Below are positions 1 through 19,589 of a stretch of DNA of 64,000 bases, piece by piece. Source of the DNA: the human T2T-CHM13v2.0 reference genome, Homo sapiens; the NCBI RefSeq assembly GCF_009914755.1, contig NC_060947.1; one strand, written 5' to 3'. Position 1 is the first letter of the stretch. Every line of letters starts with the position of its first letter. The notes under the pieces are model-generated. The model made no database searches. It worked only from the letters and a program-made list of their open reading frames with translations, and was not told where the DNA came from. The translations under genes and the position numbers were made by a program.

Positions 1-340
1 TGAAACACCTATTCATCATGAATAATGGTCATCAGTAAACAATAAATGGAAGGGAATTTCCTCAGCCTGATAAATAGCATATACAAAAACCTATAGGTGA
101 CTTCATACTTAATAATGGAATGCTTATACTTTTCCTCTAAAATCAGTAACAAAGAAATGATGTCCTCATTCACTACTCCTATTTAACATAGTACTGGAAG
201 TCCTAGGCAGAGCAATATGGTAAAAAAAAAAAGAAAGAAAGAAAAAAAAGAAAATTAAAGACATACATAACAAAAAAAAAAACTTCCGATAGTGAAAGAT
301 TACAAGGTTTTCTACTGAAAACTATCAAAGAATCTTATTT
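1..340 (+). mobile_element. Old L1 (L1M) ORF2 RT-region fragment
   Basis: Matches typical L1 ORF2 text (ctcctatttaacatagtactggaagtcctaggcagagcaat); degenerate. Confidence 0.75.
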
Positions 341-344
341 AAGT

Positions 345-1252
345 CTTTAATTTTTATCGATTCAAGGAGTACAGGTGCAGGTTTGTTACATAGACATATA
401 TGTATTAGGCTGTTCTTCAACTGCTATACAGAAATACCCGATACTGGGTAATTTAAAAGAAAAGAGGTTTAATTGGCCCATGGTTCTGCAGGTTGTACAG
501 GAAGCATAGTAGCATCTGCTTCTGAGGAGGCCTCAGGAAGCTTTCAATCATGGCAGAAGGAAAACAGGAAGCAGGCACATCACATGGCAAGAACAAGAGA
601 AAGAGAGAGACAGTTGGCAGGGGAGGTTCCACACACTTTTAAATGACCAGATCCTGTGTGAACTAACAGCAAGAGCTCATTTATTACCAAGGGAATGGCT
701 CAAGCCATTCATGAGGGATTTGCCTCATGATCCAAAGACTTCCCACCAGGCCCCACCTCCAACACTGGGGATTACATTTCAACGTGAGATTTGGATGGGG
801 ACATCCGAACTATATCAGTGAACACTGTACCCAACAGATAATTTTTCAACCCTCCTCCCCACTTCCCCGTTTCGGAGTCCCCAGCGTCTATTATTTCCCT
901 CTGTATGTTTGTGTGTACCTGTTGATTAGCTCCCACTTATAAGTGAGAATATACAGTAACTGATTTTTGTTTCTGAGTTATTTCACTTAGGATAATGCCT
1001 CCAGCTCCATCCATGTTGCTGCAAAAGACAATATTTTATTCTTTTTTATGGATGCATAGTATTCCATGGTGTATATATACCACATTTTCTGTATGCAATC
1101 AACTGTTGATGGACACTTAGGTTGATTCTATGACTTTGCTATGGTGGACAGTGCTGCAGTATGAGTGCAGGTGTCTCTTTGAGGCATTTATTTTCTTTTG
1201 GATATATGCCCAGTAGTGGGATTGCTAGGTCAATAATAGTTCTATTTTTAGT
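345..1252 (-). mobile_element. L1PB/late L1PA 3' end, interrupted by an MST LTR
   Basis: Reverse-strand L1 3'UTR/ORF2 end (gtacaggtgcaggtttgttacat ... ctcccacttataagtgagaat ... agtagtgggattgctaggtc). Confidence 0.8.
401..817 (-). mobile_element. MSTB-like MaLR solo LTR
   Basis: tgtattaggctgttc...gaggcctcaggaagct...aactatatca; TG...CA termini and MST consensus blocks. Confidence 0.85.
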
Positions 1253-1299
1253 CCAAAGGATCCTTTTTTAAAAAGCTGCTACAATTAATAAGTGAGGTT

Positions 1300-3880
1300 A
1301 CCAGGGTGATACAAGTAGCCCTGTGGCCGCCACCACTAGGACTGTGCTGGGTCAGACCTGAAGCCAGCACAGCACTGGGTCTTGCCCAAGGCCTGCTGTA
1401 ACCACTCCCTGGCTACTGCCTTTGTTTGCTCAAGGCTCTGGGGCTCTACAGTCAGCAGGTAGCAAAGCCAGCCAGACCTGTGTTCTTCCCTTTAGGGCAG
1501 TGAATTCCCCCAGGCCTCAGGCAGGTCCAGAGGTGCCATCTGGGAGCCAGGGACAAGAGCCAAAATCCTTAGAAATCTATCTGGTGATCTATTGTGCTGC
1601 AGCTGAGCTGGCACTCAAACCACAAGATGCAGTTCTTCCCACTCTTCCTCCCTTTTCCAAAGGCAGAACAGCCTCACTCTGTGGCCACCACCACCACAGG
1701 CCCACAGAGAGTAGTGCCAGACTATCGCTGGTGTTCCCTTAAGGCCCAAGGGCTCTCCATTCAGCTTGTGGTGAATGTTGCCTGGCCTGGAACTCACCGT
1801 TCAGACCAGTGGGTTCCCCTCTGGCCAAGGGCAGGTCCAGAAATGCTGCCCAAGAGCCAAGTCCTGCAATCAGGGATGTCAAGAGCTTGCTTAGTGCTCT
1901 ATCCCACTGTGGCCAAGCTGGTACCTAAGGCGTAAGACAAAGTTCCCTTTACTTTTCTCTCCACTTTTCTCAAGCAGGAGTTTTGCCCCATAGCTACCAC
2001 AGCTAAGAATGTGTTGAGTCTCACCTGAAGCCAGAAAGTCTCAGAGTCTCACTCAAGGCCCATGGCATACTATCTGGGCATCACTGCTGCTTATTCAGGG
2101 CCCAAGGGCTCTTCAGTTAGCAGGTGATGCGTTCTGCCAGGACTAGATTCTTCCCTTCAAGGCAGTGGGTTCCCTTCTGGCCCAGGGTGTGCCTAGAAAT
2201 GTTGTCTTGGAGCTAGGGCCTGGAATGGGGGCCTCACAACTCTGACTGGTGCCCTATCATGCTGTGGCCGAGCTGGTATCCAAGGTGCAAGACAACGTCC
2301 TCCCCACTCTTCTCTCTCCTCTCCTCAGGTGGAAGGAAGGGGTCTCTTTTGGATCTGGGAGCTATGCAGCCTGCCTTTAGGAGAGGGGTGGTGCCAGAAC
2401 TCCCTTAGCCACCCTGGCTGGTGTCTCAGTAGGTCACATGCCCAGCCCCAGAATACTGGCTCTGGGCCCAGTACAAAACTAGGACTTGACTAGGAGTTGC
2501 AGTCCTTGTGGCCTAGACTCTTTCAAGTTTACTTAGGACCCTGCTGTAGGGGTTGGGGGGTCCTTTAATCCGTTTTGGTGAGGCTTGTGGGAATTCAAGT
2601 TCTGACTGCCGGGTTCATTGATTCCCCTCTAGCTAGGGCTGGTTTAAATGCTCCCTCCGTGAGTGGACATCAGCAAGTTTGGTCCCGTTTTGCTTTCTGC
2701 TATAACAGGGCAGCATTGAGTTCATTGCCTCACAACTGTTGCACACCCCCTCTCCTCAGTGCACAGAAATACTCTCCACACGACACTGCCACTGCTGGGG
2801 GACAGGAGTGGGTGGCACTGGTGTTTCAAGACTGTTTTTCTACCTCTTCAGTGTCTCTTTTAGCAATATGAAGTTGAAACCAGGTACTGTGAGTGATCAC
2901 CTGATTTTTGGTTTTGCTGAAGGTGTTTCTTTGTGTAGATAATTGTTAAATTAGTGTCCTTGTAGCGGGGGATGATCATTGGGGCCTTCTATTCTGTCAT
3001 CTTGCTCCACTTCCCATGATCACTTTTGTCAGCAGGCAGTGAATCCTGCCAGGACTGAGTCTGTCTCACCAGGGTAATGGATTCCCTTCTGGCCCAGGGT
3101 GGATCTAGAAATGCCACCTAGGAGTAAAGACCTATAACCAGGGGCTTCAGGAATCTGCCTTGCACTTTATTGTACTATGACTAAGTTAACACCCAAGTTG
3201 CAAGACAAAGTTTTCTTTACTATTCCCTCTCTTCCCCCAAGCAGAAAGAGTCTCTCCTGCAGCTGCATTACCTGGAGATGGGGAAGTACCCAAGTACTCC
3301 CTTGCCTGTCACAGGCGATGTCACTCTGAGTTACACCCCAAGTCTACTGCCTCAGTGAAGCACCAGGGCTTGCTCAAGGACTATAGTACTTGTGGCCTGA
3401 CAGCCACTCAAATTTGTTCCTGGCCCCAGGCTACTTCAGTCATCCAGCAGTACAGCCAATGAGACTTTTCTCCCACTGGGGCAGGGAATTTCCCTCTGTC
3501 TTAGGACTGGTCTAAATGCTCCCTCTTTGGGCACCAACAGCACTCTGCCCTATATTGTGTTCCACTGTGCCAGGGTAGCACTGAGTTTCAATGCAAAGTC
3601 CTGAACTCACTTTAACTTTCCCTCCTCCAAGCACACAGATTCTTACTCCATGCTGTGCTGCCTAGGGTTGGGGGAGGGGTGATATGGGCAATGCAAGACT
3701 GTCTTTCCTACCCAATTCAATGCCTCTTTCCTTGATATTATACTTAAAACAGGTACTGTGATTGCTCACCTGATTTCTTGGTTCTTGTGAAGGTGCCTTC
3801 TTGCATGGATAGTTGTTCAATGTGGTGTTTCTTTGGGATGATGAGCACTGAAGGGTTCAATTTGGCCATCTTGTTCTGCC
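1300..3880 (-). mobile_element. Old L1 5'UTR (L1PBa/L1M1-2-like) with tandem monomers and two 5' termini
   Basis: Repeating ~310-350 bp units (aagacaaagtt... near 1624, 1934, 2289, 3202). L1 start motif rc (gccatcttg-like) near 3000 and 3865. Confidence 0.65.
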
Positions 3881-3889
3881 CAAGTTCCT

Positions 3890-5736
3890 AAAATTTGATG
3901 TCTTTTTAGCAAAAGGAAGAAGCTTCTCATCCCCAGTGGTAGCAGCGTTCCTACCCTCATCCACAGTGGTAGTGGCCTTTCTATCTCTGTCTCAAGAGTT
4001 TAATTCTGCATTGCCTGAGGAAACAGTAATGGCCTCCCCTGAAGGAGTTGACAGGCTGATTCTTCTGAGGATCCACCTTTACCACCCCTTTTTGCTTCTA
4101 GATCTATAACTAGATTCAAGTCTCATCAGGCCCCTAAAGGTGAGACACAAAGTGTGACCCATGAGGAGGTGTGCTACACTCCACAATAACTACTTCAGTT
4201 TTCTGATTTATACAGGCAGAAATCTGGGGAACATATGCAGGAATGGACATTAAGGGTGTAGCATAATGGTGGAAAAAACATGAAGTTGGATCAGGTCAAA
4301 TTTGTTAATATGGGCCCACTAACCAGAGATTATGCATTTAATGTTGCAGCTTGAGACATTAAAAAAGAGTGCTAATACTTTGGCTTGTTGGCTAAAATGC
4401 AGCTGAAAAGATGGCCTATTATGAGTGAGCTGGAAATGCCAGATCTCCCTTGATTTATGGTAGAGGAAGGGATTCAAAGGCTTGGAGATTGGAATGCTAG
4501 AATGGATTTGTCACATAAGACCTACTCACCCAAACTTGGAGGGTCCAGATGATATACTTTTCACTAAAGTGAAAATAGATTTGTAAGGGGAGCACCAGCA
4601 TCTTTGAAGAACTCTGTGATTGCTCTTCTCTGTATACCAGACATCACAGTATGAACTGCTGTAACTCAATTGGAAACCTAAATGCAATGAGAATAACTGG
4701 ACCCCTGCCAACTGACAGCACTCAACCACCAAAGGCAAGGTGGACATGGTTATCGTAATGGACAGCAGAGGCAAAGCAATAATCAGAATAGTCTGACTCA
4801 TGTAGATCTATGGTGTTGGCTAGTTAATCATGATGTTCCTAGAAGTGAAATAGATAGAAAGCCTACTACATTCTTATGTGATCTGTAGAAGCAGAAACTT
4901 CCAGGTCAAGTGAACAAAAGTCTAACTTGAATCATAAAGCAGAGAATCATGACCCCAAATCAATTTCCAGACTTGAGCCAATTTACAAACCAAGAACTTG
5001 AACAAAGGGGAGGTCAGCTCCCCTTGTGGAAGGACCCCAGTATATTATCAAAAATTTATATTTTGTTCATCTTTGTTCCATTTTTGCCCAAAGACCTTTT
5101 ACCAAGGTAACTATGCATTGGGGAAAGGGAAATAATCAGACCTTTGGGAACTGCCAGACACTGGTTCTGAACTGAAATTGATTCCAGGAGACCTGAAACA
5201 TCATTGTTGCCCTCTAGTTAGAGTAGGAGCTTATGGAGATCAGGTGATTAATGGAGTTTTAGCTCAGGTCTGACTTGCAATGTGTCCAGTGGGTCCCCAA
5301 ACCCATTTTGTGGTTATTTCCGTAGTTCCAGAATGCATAATTAAATAGACATGCTTAGTATCTGGCAGAATCCCCACATTGGTCCCCTAACCTGTGGGGT
5401 GAGAGTTAATATGGTGGGAAAAGCTAAATGGAAGCCATTAGAGTTGCTTCTACCTAGAAAAATAGTAAATCAAAAACACTACTGCATCTCTGGAGGGACT
5501 GCAGAGATTAATGCCACCATCGAGGACTTGAACGATGGAGGGGTGGTAATTCCCACCACATCCCTATTCAACTCTCCTATTTGGCTTGTGCAGAAGACAG
5601 ATGGATGTTGGAGAATGACAGTTAATTATCATAATACTTCATCAAGTGGTGATTCCAATTGCAGCCGCTGTACCAGATGTTTCATTACTTGAGCAAATTA
5701 ACACACCTTCTGCTACCTGGTATACAGCTATTGATC
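3890..5736 (+). mobile_element. HERV-L (ERVL) internal gag-pro-RT remnant
   Basis: ORF 5351-5692 (KAKWKPLEL...FNSPIWLVQKTDGCWRMTVNYH) is ERV-L RT-like; multiple stops and frameshifts. Confidence 0.85.
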
Positions 5737-5897
5737 GGGCTTTGAGTCCTGCTACCAGCCTGTCTGGTTCTTCAGCTTGCAGACTACCTATCGTGGGACT
5801 TCACCACTTCTGTGATTGTGGTAGCAGATTCCCCCTAATAAATTTCCTTCCATACATTCTACTGGTTCTGTCTCTCTGGAGAACTCTGAGTAATACA
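5737..5897 (+). mobile_element. MLT2-type LTR 3' part
   Basis: cagcttgcagac...tcgtgggactt...aataaa...ggttctgtctctctggagaactctgagtaataca; abuts the truncated pol. Confidence 0.75.
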
Positions 5898-8016
5898 ATA
5901 TCCATTCTTTTGCATGTGAATATCCAGTTGTCCCTGCATCATTTTTGAAAACACTATCTTTTCCCCCACAAAATTATCTTGGCCCCTTTGACAAATTTAC
6001 TTCTTCCTTTACTTTATCAAAGAGTTTGTGAAGGATTGATATTAATTCATATTTAAATGTTAATTAGGATTCACCAGTAAATCCATCTAGACCTGGGTGT
6101 TTTTGTGTGGCGGCGGGGGGGGGGGTTTGAAATTACTAATTTAATCTTTTTATTTGTTATAGGTTTATTCAGATTTTCTATTTCTTCTTGTGCTAGTATT
6201 GGTAATTTGTGTCTTGGTAGGAATTTATCTATTTAAGTTATATAATTTGTTGGCATATACTTGTTTATAGGTTTCCTTATGATACTATTAATTTATATAA
6301 GTTTGTTTGTGTTATCTTCTCTTTCAGTCCTAATGTTACTAATTTATGTCTTCCTTTTTTGTTGGTCATTCTAGCCAAAGGCTTGTCAATTTGTTGATCA
6401 GATTTAAGAAATAACTTTTGGTTTTGTTATTTTCTATTTAGTTTATTTGAAGTCTAATGTTCATTTTTTCTTTCCTTCTGTTTGCTTTTGGTTTAGTTTG
6501 CTCTTCTTTTCCTACTTTATTAAGGTTAAAGGTTGGGTTACTGATTTGAGAACTTTTTTAGCATTTTATAGAAATTATTTTCCTTCCAAACACGCTTAAG
6601 GTGCATCACATAAGTTTGGTATGTTTTTTTATTTTCATTCATCTCAACATCTTTTCTAATTTCCCTTTTGATTTATTCTAAAACCCACTGGTTGTTTAGG
6701 AGCACATTAATTTCCACATATTTTTGAATTTACAAATTTTCCTTTTACTACTGATTTCTAATCTCACTCTACTGTGGTTGAAGGACATATGTATATAATT
6801 TCAATAATTCTAAGTTTATTGTGGGTTATTTTAAGGCCTTGCTTATATACTCTCCTAGAGAATGTTTCATACATGCACTTAGGAAGAGTGTATATTCTTC
6901 TATTGTGCTGTAAATTGATTTACAGATATGTGTTAAGTTTAGTTGGTTTATATTATTATTATTCAAGTTTTCTATACCTCCGTTCTTTTGCCTAGATATT
7001 TTATTCATTATTCAATGTGTGATATTGGAATTCTCAACTATTTTTTTAAATCATATATTTATTTCTTCAATTATGTCATTTCTTTTGCCTCATGTATTTT
7101 GGGATTCTTCTGTTATATGCATGCACATTTATAATTGTTATATTTTCCCAATGGATTGATATTTTATCATTATAAAATATCTCTTTTTATCGCTATCAAC
7201 ATTTTTGACCAAAAAACTATTTTGTCTGATATTAGCATAGCCCCTCCAGATCTCTTATGGCTGTTTTCGCACAACATCGGTTTCCGCCTTTTTAGTTTCA
7301 ACCTATTTGTATCTTTGAAAGCAAAGTATGTCTTTTGTAGACACCATAAGTAGGATTGGATCTTGTTTTTCTATCAGACAATCTCTGCCTTTTGATTGGA
7401 TAGTTTAATTGATTCACATTTAATATTATTATTGATATGCTTTGATTTATGTTTACAATTGTGCTTTTGGTTTCTATATATTTTGTGTCTTTTGTGTTCC
7501 TCTAGTCCTTTTTTCTGTCTTATATTAAGTAGTTATTTTCTAGAGTAACTTTTTCATTTCTTTAATGGTTTTCACTACATTTTTTAGCAATTTTCCTGGT
7601 TGTTGCTTTGACTTATGGATTATATGTCAAGTTAAACTACTTCAAATAATTCCAATAAGATAGAAAATCTTAGTTCCTTTATAGCTTCTGTACCTCCCAC
7701 CCCCTTTGCGATATTGTATATACTACATCTATTCATATTACAAAAAACAATATAGTATTACAATTATTGCTTTACATAATTGTGTGTCTTTTAAAGAAGG
7801 TAAGAGAATAAAGGAGAAAAAAATATATTTATACCATTTTTATATTAACCTTATTTACCATTTCTGTCTTTGTGTATTTCTCCTGATGAAGTCAGGTTAT
7901 TGTGTGGTGATATCTCTTTACTCCAATATATTTCATGTCTGACCTCCTTTTTTGTTCTGTTATTGTCAAATATATTGTATTTCTATATGTAATATGTCAA
8001 GTATATAATTTTATAG

Positions 8017-8328
<312 letters not shown>

Positions 8329-8522
8329 GCGATATGTTCTTAACTCAGTTTACAAACAAGGAATGATACAATCTTTTATACTTATCTACATAATTATTTT
8401 TAATAGGATTCTTTGTTTTGATGTTTAGATTTAAATTATTCTATAGTGTCCCTTTCTTTCAGCCTGAAGAACTTTCTCTAGTATTTCCTGTGAATAGGAA
8501 ATACTAGCAGCACAGCTCTGCT

Positions 8523-8850
8523 AGTATGTTAGTTTCCTATGGCTTCTGTAACAAATTATCACAAACTTAGTGGCTTAAAACAACACAAATGTATTATCTT
8601 ATTGTTCTGGAAGTCAGAAGTCCATTCATCTTACTATGCCAAAATCAAAATGTTAGTAGGGCTGTACTGTCTTTGGAGGCTCTACAGGAAAACTTGCTTT
8701 GTTGCCTTTCCAGCTTCGAAACATCACCTGCATTCCTTGGCTCATGACCCCTTCTAACCTTCCTCAAGTCCATCACTCCAACCTCTGTAATCATAGGTTA
8801 CTGGGATTAGGACATGGACATCTTTGGTGGACCATATTCTGTCTACCACA
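8523..8850 (-). mobile_element. MLT1 MaLR LTR, internally deleted
   Basis: ttagtttcctatggcttctgtaacaaattatcacaaacttagtggcttaaaacaacac ... attctgtctaccaca. Confidence 0.8.
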
Positions 8851-9280
8851 GATGGCAATGAAATTATCTCAGCTTTTTTGTTGTTGTTTTTCAGGGTATG
8901 TATTTTGCCTTCACTTTTGAAAAATAATTTTGTTGTATATAAGACTATTAGTTGCTTTTTTTCCTTAAACACTTTGAATATGTCATTCCACTGCCTTCTG
9001 TCTTCCATGATTTGTGATGAAAAGTCACCTATTATTCTTATTGCAGGATACCTTATATATGATCTTCTTCTCTTGCAAATATCAAGAGTTTATCATGTGT
9101 CCCATATTTCTCTGATGCTCTTTTATCTTTATTCTTGTTTCTGTCTGTTCTTCAGATTGCAAAATCTATTGTTATATCTTTAAGTTTACTGATTCTTTCT
9201 TCTGCCAGCTCTGATCTGCTGTTGAGCACCTCTTGTGAGTTTTTATTTAAGTGTACTTTTTTAGTTTAAAAAAAAAAAAA

Positions 9281-9935
9281 GGATGCTGGTGAGGTGGTGG
9301 AGAAAAAGGAATGCTTATACACTGTTGGTGGGAGTGTAAATCAGTTCAACCATTGTGGAAATTCCTCAGAGACCTAAAGACAGAAATACCATTTGACCCA
9401 GCAATCCCATTACTGGGTATATACCCAAAGGAATATAAATTATTCTATTATAAAGACACATGCACATGTATGTTCATTGCAGCATTGTTCACAATAGCAA
9501 AGACATGGAATCAACCTAAATGCCCATCAATGATAGACTGGATAAAGAAAATGTGGTACATATATACCATGGAATACTATGCATCCAGTATAAAGAACGA
9601 GATCATGTCCCTTGCAGGGACATGGATGGAACTGGAGACCATTATTCTTGGCAATCCAAAACAGGAACAGAAGACCAAATACCACGTGTTCTCACTTATA
9701 AGTGGGAGCTAAATGATGAAAACACATGGACACATAGAGGGGAACAACACACAGAGGGGCCTATTGGAGGGTAGACGATGGAGGGTGGAAGAAGGGAGAG
9801 GATCAGGAAAAATAACAAATGGGTACTAGGCTTAATAGCTGGGTGATAAAATAATCTGTAAAACAAACCCCCAGGACACAAGTTTACCTATGTAACAAAC
9901 CTGCACATGTACCCCTAAACTTTAAATAAAAGTTT
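9281..9935 (+). mobile_element. 5'-truncated L1PA (older, ~PA10-13) 3' end
   Basis: ORF 9311-9712 is the L1 ORF2 C-terminus (HCWWECK...[13 protein letters not shown]); 3'UTR ends aataaaagtt. Confidence 0.9.
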
Positions 9936-10182
9936 AAAGAAATTCTCACTCCTTCAGGGATTATGTAAAGAGTTTTTGGCATTCATTTAAGAAATCAACA
10001 GTTGATCTAGTTATAAACCAATTGAAAGAAGTTGTAAAATAAGTTGATGATGGAATTCCATTGTATCAGGAGAATATCACCAATGCTTTTTACAAATGCC
10101 TTTATGCAGCCATGATGCAAAATGAAATCAATAAAATATCAATTATTGCAAAGTTAAAAATAGTGTACTTTTTGATTAATTT

Positions 10183-11046
10183 TTGACCAAAAAGAAAACT
10201 CTGTTAAATATTTCAATAAGTTTATTCTGAGCCAATGTGTCACCATGGCCCAGGGAACAGTCTCAGGAGGTCCTGAGAAAGTACACCTGAGGCAGTCAGG
10301 TTATGGTTTGGTTTTATACATTTTAGAGAGACAGAAGTTACAGGCAAAGACATAAGGTATACATTGGTTTAGCCCAGAAAAGCAGGACATCTCAAACTGA
10401 GGGGGACAGCTTACAGGTCATAAATGGATTCAAAGATTTTCTGATCGGCAGTTGGTTGAAAGAGTTAAGCTGAAGACTTGACATCAGTAAAAAAAAAAAA
10501 AAAAGAAAAGAAAGAAATGATTGAGTTAAGATAAGGGGAGTTGTGGAAACCAAGGTTCTTATTATGTATATGAAGTCCCCAGGTAGCAGGCTTCAGAGGG
10601 AATAGATGGTAAATGTCTCTTTTCAAACCTTAAAATAGGTGTCAGACTCTTAATCTTTCCTAGATTCAGGAAAGGCCTAGCTGTATTAATGGGGATTCTC
10701 TACACATGCAAAATTTCCTCCACCAAAGATGGCTTTGCAGGGCCATTTCAAAACATGTCAAAAAAAAACATTTTAGGGTAAAATATTTTTATTTTCTTCA
10801 GGGTCTACTATCTTTCATGTGACGCTATACCAGAGTCAGGTTGATATTTGGTATCTTATTGCCAAAGAGTCTGTTCTGTCAGTCTTAATATCTCTATTTT
10901 ATTAATTCTGGCCGGTTTTGCCTAAACTCCAAAAGGGAGGGGTTATAATGAGGCATGTCTGACCTCCCTTCCCATCATGGCCTGTAATTTAGTTTTTCAG
11001 GTTGCTCTGGGGTCCCCTTGGCCAAGAGGTTTATTTCTGGTTTAAA
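10183..11046 (-). mobile_element. MER4-group (MER4D/LTR8-like) solo LTR
   Basis: gtttattctgagcca...gtctcaggaggtcctgaga...ttggttttatacattttag...gattcaaagattttctgat typical of MER4-group LTRs; subfamily uncertain. Confidence 0.7.
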
Positions 11047-11131
11047 CTTCAGATTGCAAAATCTGTTACATCTAAGTTTGCTGATTCTTCTGCCAGCTCA
11101 GATCTACTATTCAGCACCACTCGTGAGTTCA

Positions 11132-17475
<6,344 letters not shown>

Positions 17476-17774
17476 ATTTAAGATATTGTACTTTTTAACT
17501 TTAGGTTTTGTATTTGATTCTTTTTATAGAATTCCTATTTATTGATTGATACTTTCTATTCAGTGATTCACTGTCATTATACTTTCCTATGATTTTTAAA
17601 ACATAGTTTCCTTCAGTTCTCTGAACATATTCATAATAGATATAGTATTTACCTGCTAACATCTGTCCCACTCAAAGACATCTTCTATTGTCTGTTTTCT
17701 TCCCTGTATATGAGTCATACTTTTCCTGTTTCTTTGCATATCTCTTAACTTTTTGTTTAAAAATTGACATTTTA

Positions 17775-18432
17775 CAGGAAACAACAGGTGCTGGAGAGGA
17801 TGTGGAGAAATAAGAACAGTTTTTACACTGTTGGTGGGACTGTAAACTAGTTCAACCATTGTGGAAGTCAGTGTGGCAATTCCTCAGGGATCTAGAACTA
17901 GAAATACCATTTGACCCAGCCATCCCATTACTGGGTATATACCCAAAGGATTATAAAACATGCTGCTATAAAGACACATGCACACGTATGTTTATTGCAG
18001 TACTATTCACAATAGCAAAGACTTGGAACCAACCCAAATGTCCAACAATGATAGACTGGATTAAGAAAATGTGGTACATATACACCATGGAATACTATGC
18101 AGCCATAAAAAATGATGAGTTCATGTCCTTTGTAGGGACATGGATGAAGCTGGAAACCATCATTCTCAGCAAACTATCGCAAGGACAAAAAACCAAACAC
18201 CACATGTTCTCACTCGTAGGCGGGAATTGAACAATGAGAACACATGGACACAGGAAGGGGAACATCATACACCGGGGCCTGTCGTGGGGTGGGGGGAGGG
18301 GGGAGGTATAGCATTAGGAGATATACCTAATGTTAAATGACGAGTTAATGGGTGCAGCACACCAACGTGGCATATGTATACATATGTAACAAACCTGCAC
18401 GTTGTGCACATGTACCCTAAAAGTATAATAAA
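17775..18432 (+). mobile_element. 5'-truncated L1PA (~PA4-5)
   Basis: ORF2 C-terminus (17859-18230), G-rich 3'UTR, A-tail; 16-bp TSD aaaaattgacatttta. Confidence 0.93.
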
Positions 18433-18956
18433 AAAAATTGACATTTTAGATAATATAATAACTTGATATTGAACTCCTTCTGGGGCTGGTTGTTATTGTT
18501 TATTTGTCTAGTAACTTGGGTGGACTAATTCTGTGCAGTCTATTTCTTCTGCACAGTACAGCTCTAGTGTCTCCTGTTCAGATTTTTCTTTTATTTATTT
18601 TTTTAATTGTAAGCCTTGCTGACTAGCAGTTGTCCCTGGGTCAGCATAGCTTAGTAGTCAGCCGCTGATTGGCCAGAAGTTATGCTTAAGGTCTCTGAGC
18701 CAGTGTGTGGTTTGGAGACCGCCTTCACAGCTTATGAATTAGCCCCTCAATCAGCCAGGAGGTTGTAGCTCCTAGCTCGTAAGTTCTCATTCTAGTCATT
18801 TCCAAGAATGTGCTGACTCAGGCAGGTGCCCTGTCTGGTATGAGTGTGATTTGGCAGGGTCCTCTTTGGCTATTTCTATCACCGAACTCCCTTTTAGATT
18901 TCAGGCTGATCTGCCTCTATTGGTATCACATTCTGATTGTTAGCTGATTGCTCTAT

Positions 18957-19361
18957 TGTATTAGGCCATTCATGTTTTGCTTTAAATACCTGAGACTGGG
19001 TAACTTAAAAAGAAAAGAGGTTTAACTGGCTTATGGTTCTGCAGGCTACACAAGCATGGTGCCGGCATCTGCTTGGCTTCTGGGAACGCCTCAGGAAGCT
19101 TTTATTCATGGTAGAAGGTGAAGCAGGAGCGGTTAAGCAATATGGCCAGAGTAGTAGCAAGAAAGAGAGAGTGGAAGGTGCCACACACTTTTAAACAACC
19201 AGATCTCACATGAACTCACTCATCACCAGGGGGATGTTGCTAAGCCATTCCTGAAGGATACATCGCCATGATCTAAACACCATCCACCAGGCCCCACCTC
19301 CAACATTGTGGATGACACTTCAACATGAGATTTGGTGGGGACGTATATCCAAACTATATTA
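18957..19361 (-). mobile_element. MSTB-like MaLR solo LTR
   Basis: MST consensus blocks; 5-bp TSD tctat. Confidence 0.88.
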
Positions 19362-19589
19362 TCTATTGTGTTCAAAAGTGCCCTGGACCCTCCAAGCTCT
19401 GATTCAAATAACGTTAACCCCCTCAGGAAGGACCAGCAATACTTCTTGGCGTACCCCCCTCTCCCTGGGCAAAACCTTTTCATTATGGAGTGGAAGGTGG
19501 GGGTGAGTGTGTAGGCTAGTGTGGCTACTTGGCTTCCACCACTTGCCCAGTGTAGATTTTCCACAAGTATGAAAGTAAATGCAAATCCA

